DNA from: Candidatus Latescibacterota bacterium | GTDB taxonomy: Bacteria > Latescibacterota > UBA2968 | Direction of reading: 5' to 3' | DNA length: 64,000 nucleotides | Assembly: GCA_965222605.1 (NCBI GenBank) | Contig: OZ244960.1 | Coordinates: forward strand, 352,001 to 416,000 | In this document: positions 39,480 to 49,724 of the stretch, in pieces | Layout: every line of letters starts with the position of its first letter | Position numbering within the stretch: the first letter of the stretch is position 1 | The notes under the pieces: generated by a model | Told to the model about the DNA's origin: nothing | Databases searched by the model: none | What the model saw: the letters and a program-made list of their open reading frames with translations, nothing else | Program-made: the position numbers and the translations under genes

Positions 39480-40475
39480 CTAATGCTCCCCCTCTTCATA
39501 GCGAATGCGCGGATCGAGCCACAACAACAAAATGTCTGAAATGAGCGTACCGACAAGCGTCAACAGACTCAACATCATCACCATACTGCCAGCCAAATAC
39601 ATATCCTGATTCATAAGCGCGCGCAACAACAGCGGTCCCGTCGTCGGCAAGCCCAACACCACAGACGTAATGGTCGCCCCAGACACAATGCCCGGCAAAA
39701 CCCATCCCACAGTACTGACGAGCGGATTGAGCGCGACGCGCACCGGATACCGCATCAGCAACACCCAGTAGCGCACGCCTTTGGCGCGGGCAGTCATCAC
39801 ATATTGCTTCCGCAATTCATCCAGCAAATTGCCCCGCATCACCCGTATTAATCCCGCCGTTCCAGAAGTACCAATCACAATCACAGGAATCCACAAATGC
39901 CCGAGCAAATCGAGAAATTTGCCAAAAGACCACGCCGCACTCTGATATTCCGGTGAAAATAGACCCCCCGCGCTCACCCCAAATACGGAATACCCAACGT
40001 ACATAAAAACGAGCGCGAGCAAAAAATTGGGCGTCGCAAGCCCGATAAAACCCAGAAACGTAAAACAATAATCCGGCAATGAATACTGCTTTACAGCCGA
40101 ATAAATCCCAACCGGAATCGCCAGCGCCCACGTCACGAGCAGCGTCACAATCGAAATAATAGACGTCAACAAAATGCGTTCGCCAATCAGCTCTGTCACG
40201 GGCCGATTCCACTCAAACGACATCCCCAAATTGCCCTGCGTCATGCCGATCAGCCACCGCCAGTATTGCACCATAAAAGGCTGATCGAGATTGTATCGCG
40301 CCCGCAGTGCCGCAGCCTGCGCCTCATCCACCGTCTCGCCCGTTTCACCCAGCGCAGCAATATACGAGGTGAGATAATCCCCCGGTGGAAGCTGGATAAT
40401 CGAAAACGAAATAAACGAAATAATCACTATTGTGGGAATCATCCACAACAGGCGTTTAATCACCAGAATTAGCAT
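39480..40475 (-). CDS. ABC permease (OppB-like)
   Basis: LPPGD, GNLGMSF and YVMTARAKG motifs. Confidence 0.93.
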   Translation of the reverse strand: MLILVIKRLLWMIPTIVIISFISFSIIQLPPGDYLTSYIAALGETGETVDEAQAAALRARYNLDQPFMVQYWRWLIGMTQGNLGMSFEWNRPVTELIGERILLTSIISIVTLLVTWALAIPVGIYSAVKQYSLPDYCFTFLGFIGLATPNFLLALVFMYVGYSVFGVSAGGLFSPEYQSAAWSFGKFLDLLGHLWIPVIVIGTSGTAGLIRVMRGNLLDELRKQYVMTARAKGVRYWVLLMRYPVRVALNPLVSTVGWVLPGIVSGATITSVVLGLPTTGPLLLRALMNQDMYLAGSMVMMLSLLTLVGTLISDILLLWLDPRIRYEEGEH

Positions 40476-40484
40476 CTTTTTTTC

Positions 40485-42581
40485 CTATTCCTCAATCGCG
40501 TAACACTCAACCGCCGTATTCCCGGGCGTGCGAAATGCCCAGCCGGACATCGCAACCTCGGGCACATTGCGAAATGAATTTTTGACCAGATAAAACGAGG
40601 GCAATGCCCCCACCGTACCGATAACCCACAGATTCTTTCGGTTCAAGTCGATAATTTCTCCCATAAGCCTGATCTGTTCGGCTTCATCAATCGTCTTCTC
40701 AATCTCCCAAAACAGCTCAATACATCGCTGAATATCTACAGGAGGTTCTTCGCCGCGTTTTTTCTCCGTGCGATACCACCGCGCATAATCCACTGCATGT
40801 ACAGACTCATCGCTAAATGGAACGAGCCAGCGCGGGTCCAAAACAGCGATCTGCTCATCCGACCCACCCCACACGCCAACATCGTGCAACAAACCCTTTT
40901 TGCGCTCGTAAAACAACTGCCGCGCTTCTTCCTTGACTTCTGATTGCACCCCCACCGCAGTCCAATAACTCGCCACCAGTTCCAAAATGCGATTGTTCAG
41001 AGACGTCGTCTCAATATAGAGCTTAATCGGTTCGCCATCTGCCCGCAATCGCATGCCATCTCTCCCGCGCTTTAGGCCCATCTCGTTGAGCAATTCAGTT
41101 GCGCGTTCGGGATCGTATTCGATATATGCGCGCTCGTAATCCGCGTCGTAAAACGGCGACGATGGCGGCGGACAAACCTGCCTCGGCTTCCCAATCCCAA
41201 AATAATCCGCCTCATTTAATTCATCGCGATTCAGCGCGAGCGACAGGGCTTTTCGAAAGCGGTGATCCCCGATAATTTTCTTCATTTCCGGATCGCGATG
41301 ATTCAAATTCAACGCCAGGATATTTGACCCCGCCGATCCATTAATCCAATGCACAACCCGATAATCGCCCTTCTTTCTCCCCTCCATAAACAGCGGATAA
41401 TTCTGGAACTGAAGATGCCGCCCCTGCATGCCTATTTCTCCGTTGATCGCCTTGAGATTAATGGTCTCAGGACCAAAAATTTCAAAGGTCATGCGGTCGA
41501 TGTACGGCAGTTGATTCCCATCGGGATCGACCTTCCAATAATAGGGATTGCGCTCCAGAACTGCCGGGCGCACAGGCGGTGGCGCAACCACAATCCACGG
41601 CCACAAACGCGGGATATCCGGATTGCGCCAATCGCGCATGTCTTCAAAAAGCTGCTTCCACAAATCAAATCCCGCGGCCTCGCTCATCGCCTCGAGCTTT
41701 TCCAAAGACGTGTACTTCGGATGAAATTGCTTCATATAATGGGCTGGATAGCGCAACATCTCATAACCGCGTCCCGACGCCAACTTCACAATAAACAACC
41801 CATTGGGTTCCAGAAATGTAAACCGCACCGTATAATCATCGACCTTCTCCAATCCCATCACCTGTCCGCCCCGCTTAAAATCGCGCGGCACAACAGGCGT
41901 TATCTCTTCATTTTGCAACACATCCTCATACCAGAAGACCAGATCATCGACCGTAAACGAATGCCCGTCTGACCACCTGACCCCTCGGCGCAAATAAAAT
42001 ATAAAACTACGCCCACCATCGGCAATCTCCCACCACACAGCCAGATTGGGGATCACTTTCTGCGCCATCGCATCCCACCGCACCAGGCCCTCATACGCAA
42101 ACCGGGCTTCGACAATACCCACATCGCGGGGACCCGTGGCAAACCGCGTCCATGTCCCACCATAAGGCCCATGCTGCTGCGGCGGTACAATAACCAGAGG
42201 ATCTTCCGGCAGGCGTTCCGATACAGGCGGCAAATGCCCTTCTCGCACCCGTTGGGCGAGCATAGGCGCTTCGCCAAATTGCTCCCCCGACCACTCGGTC
42301 ACCCGATGCACCGCCCCTGTCGCCTCGGGATGGCGATTGGGAATCTCAACATCCGCCATCGCAGCCTCGAGATCCCGCGTCCCGTCTGCCTGCACCACAG
42401 GCACAACACCATCTTTGGGCGCGCGCACGAGACTGCCCATCATAGCCTCAAATTCCGATGCCTGTCGTATAGCATCCGGATCGCGCGGCGAAAGGTAAAA
42501 CGCGACATATCCCATCCCCTGTACCAGAAGTACAAAACTGGCAAAAACACCTATAAGCGCGATCCACACTTTAATTCCCAT
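40485..42581 (-). CDS. Family-5 ABC substrate-binding protein
   Basis: EAPML...LPPVSERLPEDP, LRRGVRWSDG and RNPYYWKVD..GNQLPYID motifs; N-terminal hydrophobic anchor. Confidence 0.92.
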   Translation of the reverse strand: MGIKVWIALIGVFASFVLLVQGMGYVAFYLSPRDPDAIRQASEFEAMMGSLVRAPKDGVVPVVQADGTRDLEAAMADVEIPNRHPEATGAVHRVTEWSGEQFGEAPMLAQRVREGHLPPVSERLPEDPLVIVPPQQHGPYGGTWTRFATGPRDVGIVEARFAYEGLVRWDAMAQKVIPNLAVWWEIADGGRSFIFYLRRGVRWSDGHSFTVDDLVFWYEDVLQNEEITPVVPRDFKRGGQVMGLEKVDDYTVRFTFLEPNGLFIVKLASGRGYEMLRYPAHYMKQFHPKYTSLEKLEAMSEAAGFDLWKQLFEDMRDWRNPDIPRLWPWIVVAPPPVRPAVLERNPYYWKVDPDGNQLPYIDRMTFEIFGPETINLKAINGEIGMQGRHLQFQNYPLFMEGRKKGDYRVVHWINGSAGSNILALNLNHRDPEMKKIIGDHRFRKALSLALNRDELNEADYFGIGKPRQVCPPPSSPFYDADYERAYIEYDPERATELLNEMGLKRGRDGMRLRADGEPIKLYIETTSLNNRILELVASYWTAVGVQSEVKEEARQLFYERKKGLLHDVGVWGGSDEQIAVLDPRWLVPFSDESVHAVDYARWYRTEKKRGEEPPVDIQRCIELFWEIEKTIDEAEQIRLMGEIIDLNRKNLWVIGTVGALPSFYLVKNSFRNVPEVAMSGWAFRTPGNTAVECYAIEE

Positions 42582-42593
42582 ACTGATAATACC

Positions 42594-43331
42594 TCACCTG
42601 CTATATGCCCCGCTGACAAACTTCTCAATCTCATCTCGCCCCCGCGCAATAGCTTCATCGACAAAACGCGCTTTTATATTCTCATCAAAAAACGCATCTG
42701 CCCGCCCCCTGTTCTCAGCAAGATGCTTTTCCACATCATCAGACAGGGGACGACCAATCATCTTGAGAAATATCTGCTCGTGAACAACGGGGTCTGCACT
42801 CTCTGCCCACCCTCGCGTACGCATCACAAATCGAGATACTGTTTCGCGATCAATAAATCCCACCTCCCCACGCCCTACAAACCGATCCAGCACTTCTGCG
42901 ACACCTGGATACACAATGGGCAATTCATCTACATAAGACCACAACCCGTAAATAATGGGCCGCCAGTCTTCAACACCGTGTACATAAATCGTCACCTCAT
43001 CGCGAAACGCTTCATCCGTCGTCAAATGCGCGATATACCCCATCAACAAAACGCGATCTCGCGGGTCCATATTCTGATAATCCGCCAGATCGGGATGCGC
43101 GTCAAACATACCTGAAACGGACTTGCCCCACGTCTCGCGCCGATCCTCCGCATAAAAATGCGACCCATACTTGCCCATCTTCCCCAGCAAACGCATCGCA
43201 TCCGGCGCCATAGAACCCGCCACAAGCTCCGGCAAATACCGCCCAGTTAGAGCACCCACTTCAGGCAAATCGCGCTCGAGCAGTTCCTGCAGCTCGAGCA
43301 CCAACGCAAAATGACACCGCCCACGAGGCAT
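42594..43331 (-). CDS. Zinc-dependent phospholipase C/P1 nuclease-fold protein
   Basis: N-terminal His, GSMAPD, SHFY and GYIAHLTTD. Confidence 0.7.
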   Translation of the reverse strand: MPRGRCHFALVLELQELLERDLPEVGALTGRYLPELVAGSMAPDAMRLLGKMGKYGSHFYAEDRRETWGKSVSGMFDAHPDLADYQNMDPRDRVLLMGYIAHLTTDEAFRDEVTIYVHGVEDWRPIIYGLWSYVDELPIVYPGVAEVLDRFVGRGEVGFIDRETVSRFVMRTRGWAESADPVVHEQIFLKMIGRPLSDDVEKHLAENRGRADAFFDENIKARFVDEAIARGRDEIEKFVSGAYSR

Positions 43332-43344
43332 CCATTTTCCTTTC

Positions 43345-43551
43345 TCAACCAGAATCTACTTGTAATCCTGCTCGTATTTCCGTATAGGGCCGAAAGCCCG
43401 TTGCTGTTTCAACCGCATGATCCAGATCTAAAGCGTCTTCTAAATCCTGAAGCCGTTGCATCAAAGCGCAATAATCTTTGATCGATAGCACGACTGCGGT
43501 CTTCCGTCCCTTTTCATTCACGACATATTTCGGTTTGATCTTGAGCATCAT
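43345..43551 (-). CDS. Small antitoxin-like protein (Phd/YefM-like)
   Basis: 68 aa; YVVNEKGRKTAVVLSIKDY..L...LQDLED pattern. Confidence 0.65.
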   Translation of the reverse strand: MMLKIKPKYVVNEKGRKTAVVLSIKDYCALMQRLQDLEDALDLDHAVETATGFRPYTEIRAGLQVDSG

Positions 43552-43970
43552 CGCTCAACCGTTTTGAGCACAGTTATCCCCATCATCGCAAAATGCTCGT
43601 CAAAAGCATAAGTCTCAGAAATGTTATGCTTCTGACAAACCGCAAAGCTGGTGCAATCTGTAAATGATAACTGTACAGAATCGTATTGACGAAAAAGTTT
43701 CTTTGCTTCTTGAAACAGGATCTTATCAATTTCTGCGACAGTTAAAACGCCTGTCTTTTCAACGCTTTCGATCAAGTCGAGAAACTGCACTGCTACCGAA
43801 TGATTCGCTCTATATTTAAGCCATGTTGCGGTCTCATCGATCACATAATCTGTCGTAAAAAGTCGCGCTTTCTGCTGTTTTAAGCCGCTGTAAATTACAA
43901 CAGCGTCGTCATGATATTGATCCCTCTGATTTAAAAGAGCAATCCAGGCACCGCTATCGACAAAAATCAT
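43548..43970 (-). CDS. vapC: PIN-domain toxin, VapC-like
   Basis: IFVDSGAW, DQYH, VIDET, SFTDC and AFDEHF motifs. Confidence 0.9.
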   Translation of the reverse strand: MIFVDSGAWIALLNQRDQYHDDAVVIYSGLKQQKARLFTTDYVIDETATWLKYRANHSVAVQFLDLIESVEKTGVLTVAEIDKILFQEAKKLFRQYDSVQLSFTDCTSFAVCQKHNISETYAFDEHFAMMGITVLKTVER

Positions 43971-44962
43971 TATTTTGAACGCTCTCCATAGATAACTCCA
44001 TCATGATTGATAGATCCATCGGTTCGGTCAGATTTTGCAAATCCAACCATTTCATCGAGAATCGCGTACCCTTCTTCTACTTTATCTTTTTGTTTTTTTG
44101 CAATCTCCGGCATGTAATCCTTCCAAATATCCTTCACATAGTTAAGAAAACCATCTACTGGCTTGCTTTTGCATATCGATGAAAGTTCCTCACCAATTAT
44201 AGTGAAGTACACATATCCAACTCTGAGCTCATTTTTTTCTTTATTGGGCATCTCCAAACGGATTGATTTGCCGTAATAATCCGCAACAACTTGTTTCGGC
44301 AATCCACTCAACGCGAAATCACTGACTAAGAAACCAGGTTTTTGGAATTGAATAAGTCCAATGCTCTCAAGATGACTCAGGGTATTAAAGTTAATATCGT
44401 GTTTATTATATATTTTTGCCTCAACATCGAACATCAATGGGCCAATAGCATCTCCAATCGTCCATTTAAATTTACAAAGTTTAGAGAACAATTCTGCTTC
44501 AGCCTTGTCCATTTCCAAAAGGAAATTGACTGTCCTCTTTGAGTAGGTACCAGGGGCGTTTGCCTCTCCAGCTAAAACACGCGCCCACAGCGTCTGCATC
44601 TCACCATCAGACACCTTCCGAGATTTATCAAAGAAGTTGACGATCCAGTCATCATCCATAGCATCGGGATTTGCGTTTTCGTTCAAATGAGGCACGGCTT
44701 TAGCGGTAATAACCTCCATGTTCTGCTGATCTCGCGCTATTTCTTCAATCCAACGATGCACGGCTCGGTATTTTAAGTCGTTTATCTGAATATCGGATTG
44801 CGCTTTTATTACCGCCGCCGCGGCCTCTGCCTTGGCGAGCCGCTTGATTTGAAAAGGCTCAAAAAAACCACCGATCCCTTTCGATATCTTCTTGATCAGG
44901 ATATCAGCGGGCTTCGACAAGTCGCCCAGATTTAGCAGTGAATTAGAATTACCCTGTGACAT
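43970..44962 (-). CDS. DUF2806-family protein with antitoxin-like C-terminal tail
   Basis: DDDWIVNFF....VSDxEMQxLWARVLAGEANAPGTYSKRT core; tail LDEMVG...DGSINHDGVIYG. Confidence 0.75.
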   Translation of the reverse strand: MSQGNSNSLLNLGDLSKPADILIKKISKGIGGFFEPFQIKRLAKAEAAAAVIKAQSDIQINDLKYRAVHRWIEEIARDQQNMEVITAKAVPHLNENANPDAMDDDWIVNFFDKSRKVSDGEMQTLWARVLAGEANAPGTYSKRTVNFLLEMDKAEAELFSKLCKFKWTIGDAIGPLMFDVEAKIYNKHDINFNTLSHLESIGLIQFQKPGFLVSDFALSGLPKQVVADYYGKSIRLEMPNKEKNELRVGYVYFTIIGEELSSICKSKPVDGFLNYVKDIWKDYMPEIAKKQKDKVEEGYAILDEMVGFAKSDRTDGSINHDGVIYGERSK

Positions 44963-45018
44963 GGTTGAATCTCCTTCTTTCTGCGTACCAGCGCGCGAAA
45001 TGTGGTTTGCAGATGAAC

Positions 45019-48000
45019 CTACCGAAAAACCTCATCAAGACGCCAAACCAATCTAAGTGCATCCGACCAGCCTGTTTTAGCAAAAATATCCAATAGATTC
45101 AGCAGGTCTTCCAAGCCCTGCCCATCGCGCACTTCTTCCCGGTGGTCAGCGAGAATAATCTCAACGAATTTAACGACTTCCGCAACCGCAAGAGAATCGA
45201 GATTATAACCGAACCGTTCACTTGACCTTGCAACACCCGCGGCTAAATGCAAGACCTCTTTGGGGTTACAACTCAGGCAACTCGTTAGGAGTTCCAGGAA
45301 ATCGTGTGCTGTCGGCGCGAACATAACGCCGTTTTCCCCCTCTGCGAAAGCAATGACCTGTTCCATCAGCGGTTTGATTTCATTGTAAAAACGACAGCGC
45401 AACTCGTCCGTAATTTTTTCTGTTGGTTCCTCAGACCGATCCTTTTCGTAAGCAATTTCAAAGGACAGATATGTGATAACTCCATCAATTACTGTGTAAA
45501 TATCGCGTAATTTCTTTTCTTCCTCCTCGGTGTTTTTGAAGGTCTTAGACAATTCCTGAACCCCATTCGAAGCCACATCAATCGCGCGTTCCAAAAATGT
45601 AATGGCTCGTTGTGTCGTTTCGTATCCTTCAGGCATTTCGAGATTTTTAGGTATGACGTAATCTTTCAAGACCCCAGACACAGCACTATTCAGGGAGTTA
45701 GCAAACCGGATAGGGTCTTTAAAAAAGGTATCCTTGATTTTTTTTAATGCCCAAGAATTTTCACGGCTGATAGCCAACCACATCAACAAATCGATAAACG
45801 GATTTGATGGTTCTAACCCTACTATTGGTTGAGGTATGCGCTTCAGTAGCTTTTCCATAATGCGAACAGTCTTATCTTCATTCTCTTTTTTTCTTGCGAC
45901 AACATGAGCCAACGTATGATAGATGTATTTTTGCACGGTTTGACTTGTTTCATGTGCTGCCCTGTGTTCTACAAAATGCCAAAATTTTTCTGGCATTTTG
46001 AAGTAAACTCGGGACAGTTCCATCGCTGTCACCATGCGAACAGAAGGTACAGGATCACTCGCAAGTGACTCAATGGCATCCAATATTTCTGCATCAAGCT
46101 GGCGGATTGAGAGTCTTAGTAATGCCTGTGCGGCCTCATGCCTTGGATATGGCGAGTAAACTGTGAATTCTTGAGCATCACGTTTAGGGTCTGGCTCGGG
46201 CAGTTTATGCTTTGCACCTTTTAGAGCTAATTGACGGCAAAAAGTGAACTGGTTAGTCTCAAGTTTATCAGCAACTCGACTGAGGATTGCTACACAAGCG
46301 GTCAGCTTAAACCAGAGTGAATCCATTACCTCTTTATCGACTTCCGAATTTCCATCTATGGCAGCGTATGCTTCCTGTAATAGCGGTAAAATCGACTCAG
46401 TGGCTTCCTCAGTTGGTGTGTCATTTAGCCAATCCGATTTAAATTTATCGAGAGGTTCGAAAAAGCGTTGTAATTCTTGATTTTCCGGTGTAGTCGTGTC
46501 AACGCCTTGCTCTTGAAGTCTCTTTTCTTCGGTATAAGGTCCTGACCAGGATGTGAAGCTAACTAAAGGCTTGTTTTCGGGTACCTGATCTATTCGTTCC
46601 ATTTCTTCGCGAATTTTCTTGGTATCATTTGTTTGTAGCAGGTCCTTTGGTATGCTTGCTATGAGTCGATTTCTTCGATATTCGAGAAATTTTCGGTCTT
46701 CCTTGTCTGTTGCTTCTTCAGGAAGTGCCAAAATGATATCTTCAATCTGGCGAAGTTGGGTTGGCGTAAACTCAAATGCAGCATTTTCTAAAAACAAACC
46801 AAGCTCGTGAACGACCTCGTTACCTAGCTGTATCGGTTTCGCAATGCAAAGGTCAAACAGGCGTGGCACGAAAACTTTGGGGAACTGATCTGCTGTCTTC
46901 AAAAGACGCCTCCAGAAAAACGCAACCCACACCTCATCCCGGAAAATATCAAGTAATGAATCGAGACGCGAAAGCGAGTCTTGGGACGAAGCCAATGCGG
47001 CGATGAATTTGAACAACTCATCCGCAATTTGAATTGGTTTATCACGGTAACTTGTTTCATCCCATATGTAACTGTTGTCTTGGACAAAGTGCGTGCGGTT
47101 TCCACGAAACTCGAACGTCTGTATCAAATCTTCAAACTTCACACCTTCTTTGAGGTGTCTAGCGATATGCTTTTTAATGATGAAGAAATTCAGACTTTGA
47201 ATCGCTGCTTGTGTTGCGACTAATGGGGCTGATTGCAAAAAATTGGAGAAATGTTTTATCAACCGATATTGACAACTACTATAGTCTTGTTGGCGAGTGC
47301 TTGTTAATGGTAGAATAGGGCCACTACTTAAGCTTGTCCTCTCATCGCTGATCTCGTCGTGGATAAATACTGCGTGATAAACCAAGGCGACAAAATCAGG
47401 ATCATGAATCCAAATTTTGTCAACATGTTCGGTCAACCATGTCAGAAAGGAAATAGGGAAATTGTCTTCCTGCGTTAGTTCGAGAACCTTTTCGAGAAGT
47501 AACCGAGATTCTTCTACATTTGTACCATATGTTTTAGCAATAAGCGGCACAGCCAGAGTACTACCAAGCCGATTATACCAATCATTGCTATTCGCTTCTC
47601 TCTCTTGCCAGACCCATTTGAATAACCTCCGCCCAATCTCTCCACAAGTGTCTATGATAGCTGTGTTCTCGGGATCTGTTGCTCGCTCAAGAATCTCCGA
47701 AGTGAGAGTTGACAAATCTCCAGCAAAGTCGGCGTGCCAGTGTACCGAAACTTGATAAAAAAAACTGATCCAAAGTGCATCACGCTCGATTTGCAGCGCA
47801 CGGAATGATTGCAGAAGCCGCATTATCGCCTCGGTTGCAACATCTTCTCCGTTCTGTAGTTTCTCTAAAAGCGGTGCCAGTTGTCTGATTTTGCGGGCTT
47901 CATTTGCGATAACACTCGTCGGAATCAAGCGTGCAAATAGACGTAAATGCACAGATTGATCGTTTGGCAAAACGTACCAAAAAGCCTTCCAGAAGGTTTC

Positions 48001-49677
48001 TGGATCATCGTACCAGAGACGGGTAAAAAAGTAAGTGAGACTCGGGCGGAGAAAGAGTGGACGCGAAGGATCTTCAAGCACAAATTCTTCAAGTTTTCGA
48101 GGGTCGTCTTCAATGAGCAAGATGCTGATTGCGTAGTCAAAGAGAATGTTATGAGAAAAAGCAATACTTTGTCCGGAAGATACCTTTGCCAAAATTTCAT
48201 CACTCAGGAGATTATCCCAAGCTATCTTCCTCACTAGTCTATCGAGGTGAAGATTATCATACACATCTTCCTGCCTGACGGTCAATGACCGTTCCTCTAT
48301 CATCAAACGTGCGACTTTTGTAAGAAGGAACTCGCGGTCATCCGCATTGTTTACCCCCTCAATCCGTCGTTGCCAAAACAGACCGAGTAACTGGACTTCA
48401 GAAAGAATCTGACTAAAATCAGGAACATCCTGGGAGGTCGTTAGAATCTTTTCCAAAAGCCAAAGATTGAACGGGTTAGCAAGGAGGGACTTGAAATCTT
48501 GAGAGCCAGATTCATAGATGGATTCCAGATGTGGAATCTGGTCAAATGCCTGTCGAATCTCGTCTTCATTCAAGGATGGAATTGTGAAATGTCGGCACAA
48601 AATTCCTTCGGTATGGTATTGGTCTAAATCGTTGTCATAAGGACTGTCAAACAGGTCTAAGAGTTCTTGCAATTTTCTTGCGTCATAGGTTCGTACTGTA
48701 ACCACGACATTCCATTTATCCAGTTCTTGAATTGCACGTTTAATCAAGCGTAGAAAGCGTTTGCGCGTCCGTTCATTTCGAGCGGCATCAAAGGCGTCAA
48801 AAAGTAAGGTTGCACATTCGTCTGAGATAGGAACGGATTTCAGTTTTTCTATCAGATCATCGCTGTCTGGTAATGCGTTCGACAAATCTTCTTGCGTACC
48901 ATCTCCGAGTTGATCAATTGACAAAAAAAGACGAGGTGTTTCGGTAGATTTTAGGCTTTGGCAAAGTTCTCTTAGCAAATATGTTTTTCCAATGCCTGGG
49001 CTACCAATAATGACCCCGTTTCCTTGTGAAACAAAGTTCTTCAAGTCATTGAGTAGCTTCTCGCGATTAATTTTTATCGTTGATTTTTGATCTGTACTTC
49101 CCTCCATATATTGGTTTGCCTTTTTTAGCCAATCTAATGGATCCCAAATTTTGCTTTCTTCATCACCAAAATGTTGCTCAAGTATAGTTTCTATTTTTCG
49201 TAATTTTTTTAAAGAGAATCCCCTGATTTCATGCACTAAGTCTTGATAATCACGTATGTCGTTTTCTTTGTCAAAACAAAATTTGCCGTCTATTATTTCC
49301 TTAAATCCTCGTCCTTGATATGTTTTTTGTTTTTTAGTCAAAATATAGACAATCAGATGGTCGAATCTTTTGTACAGCTCGTGAGCAACAAATTTTTCTA
49401 AAGTATCCTTAATTTTCTGACTGTTAGATTCTGCTGTGATTTGGTACGCTATTCTTCTCTTTTCATCACCTAAGTCTATTGCGGGAAAATTAGAACCTTC
49501 AGATATGTTTAAATTTTTCAAATCTGAATGCCCATAAATTTCTGAAAATAATGGAATTAATACATCCTCAGATATCTGATTAATATCTGTCATCCCCATT
49601 TTGTTTGAGATATTAACCTCAGTCACAAACCTTGACATCAATTTACAGATTCTATTTTTAGATTCTTGCAAGTTCAT
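45019..49677 (-). CDS. SMEK-domain STAND/NACHT NTPase, Avs (AVAST)-like anti-phage protein
   Basis: N-terminal SMEK-like REase fold (DIN..SED...LKNLN...NFPAIDLGD....AYQIT), Walker A GSPGIGKT, Walker B LLFDAFD, VVVTVR, LANPFNL, FSHNILFDY and a long helical C-terminus ending GWSDALRLVWRLDEVFR. Confidence 0.8.
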   Translation of the reverse strand: MNLQESKNRICKLMSRFVTEVNISNKMGMTDINQISEDVLIPLFSEIYGHSDLKNLNISEGSNFPAIDLGDEKRRIAYQITAESNSQKIKDTLEKFVAHELYKRFDHLIVYILTKKQKTYQGRGFKEIIDGKFCFDKENDIRDYQDLVHEIRGFSLKKLRKIETILEQHFGDEESKIWDPLDWLKKANQYMEGSTDQKSTIKINREKLLNDLKNFVSQGNGVIIGSPGIGKTYLLRELCQSLKSTETPRLFLSIDQLGDGTQEDLSNALPDSDDLIEKLKSVPISDECATLLFDAFDAARNERTRKRFLRLIKRAIQELDKWNVVVTVRTYDARKLQELLDLFDSPYDNDLDQYHTEGILCRHFTIPSLNEDEIRQAFDQIPHLESIYESGSQDFKSLLANPFNLWLLEKILTTSQDVPDFSQILSEVQLLGLFWQRRIEGVNNADDREFLLTKVARLMIEERSLTVRQEDVYDNLHLDRLVRKIAWDNLLSDEILAKVSSGQSIAFSHNILFDYAISILLIEDDPRKLEEFVLEDPSRPLFLRPSLTYFFTRLWYDDPETFWKAFWYVLPNDQSVHLRLFARLIPTSVIANEARKIRQLAPLLEKLQNGEDVATEAIMRLLQSFRALQIERDALWISFFYQVSVHWHADFAGDLSTLTSEILERATDPENTAIIDTCGEIGRRLFKWVWQEREANSNDWYNRLGSTLAVPLIAKTYGTNVEESRLLLEKVLELTQEDNFPISFLTWLTEHVDKIWIHDPDFVALVYHAVFIHDEISDERTSLSSGPILPLTSTRQQDYSSCQYRLIKHFSNFLQSAPLVATQAAIQSLNFFIIKKHIARHLKEGVKFEDLIQTFEFRGNRTHFVQDNSYIWDETSYRDKPIQIADELFKFIAALASSQDSLSRLDSLLDIFRDEVWVAFFWRRLLKTADQFPKVFVPRLFDLCIAKPIQLGNEVVHELGLFLENAAFEFTPTQLRQIEDIILALPEEATDKEDRKFLEYRRNRLIASIPKDLLQTNDTKKIREEMERIDQVPENKPLVSFTSWSGPYTEEKRLQEQGVDTTTPENQELQRFFEPLDKFKSDWLNDTPTEEATESILPLLQEAYAAIDGNSEVDKEVMDSLWFKLTACVAILSRVADKLETNQFTFCRQLALKGAKHKLPEPDPKRDAQEFTVYSPYPRHEAAQALLRLSIRQLDAEILDAIESLASDPVPSVRMVTAMELSRVYFKMPEKFWHFVEHRAAHETSQTVQKYIYHTLAHVVARKKENEDKTVRIMEKLLKRIPQPIVGLEPSNPFIDLLMWLAISRENSWALKKIKDTFFKDPIRFANSLNSAVSGVLKDYVIPKNLEMPEGYETTQRAITFLERAIDVASNGVQELSKTFKNTEEEEKKLRDIYTVIDGVITYLSFEIAYEKDRSEEPTEKITDELRCRFYNEIKPLMEQVIAFAEGENGVMFAPTAHDFLELLTSCLSCNPKEVLHLAAGVARSSERFGYNLDSLAVAEVVKFVEIILADHREEVRDGQGLEDLLNLLDIFAKTGWSDALRLVWRLDEVFR

Positions 49678-49724
49678 TGAATTAAACCCCGAAGGATTTC
49701 TATAAAATTAATGTATAACAAATT

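Noticed and set aside
35605-43115. Long plus-strand ORFs (for example 35605-36747 and 42171-43115)
   Set aside because: Antisense to well-supported ABC operon genes and lacking motifs.
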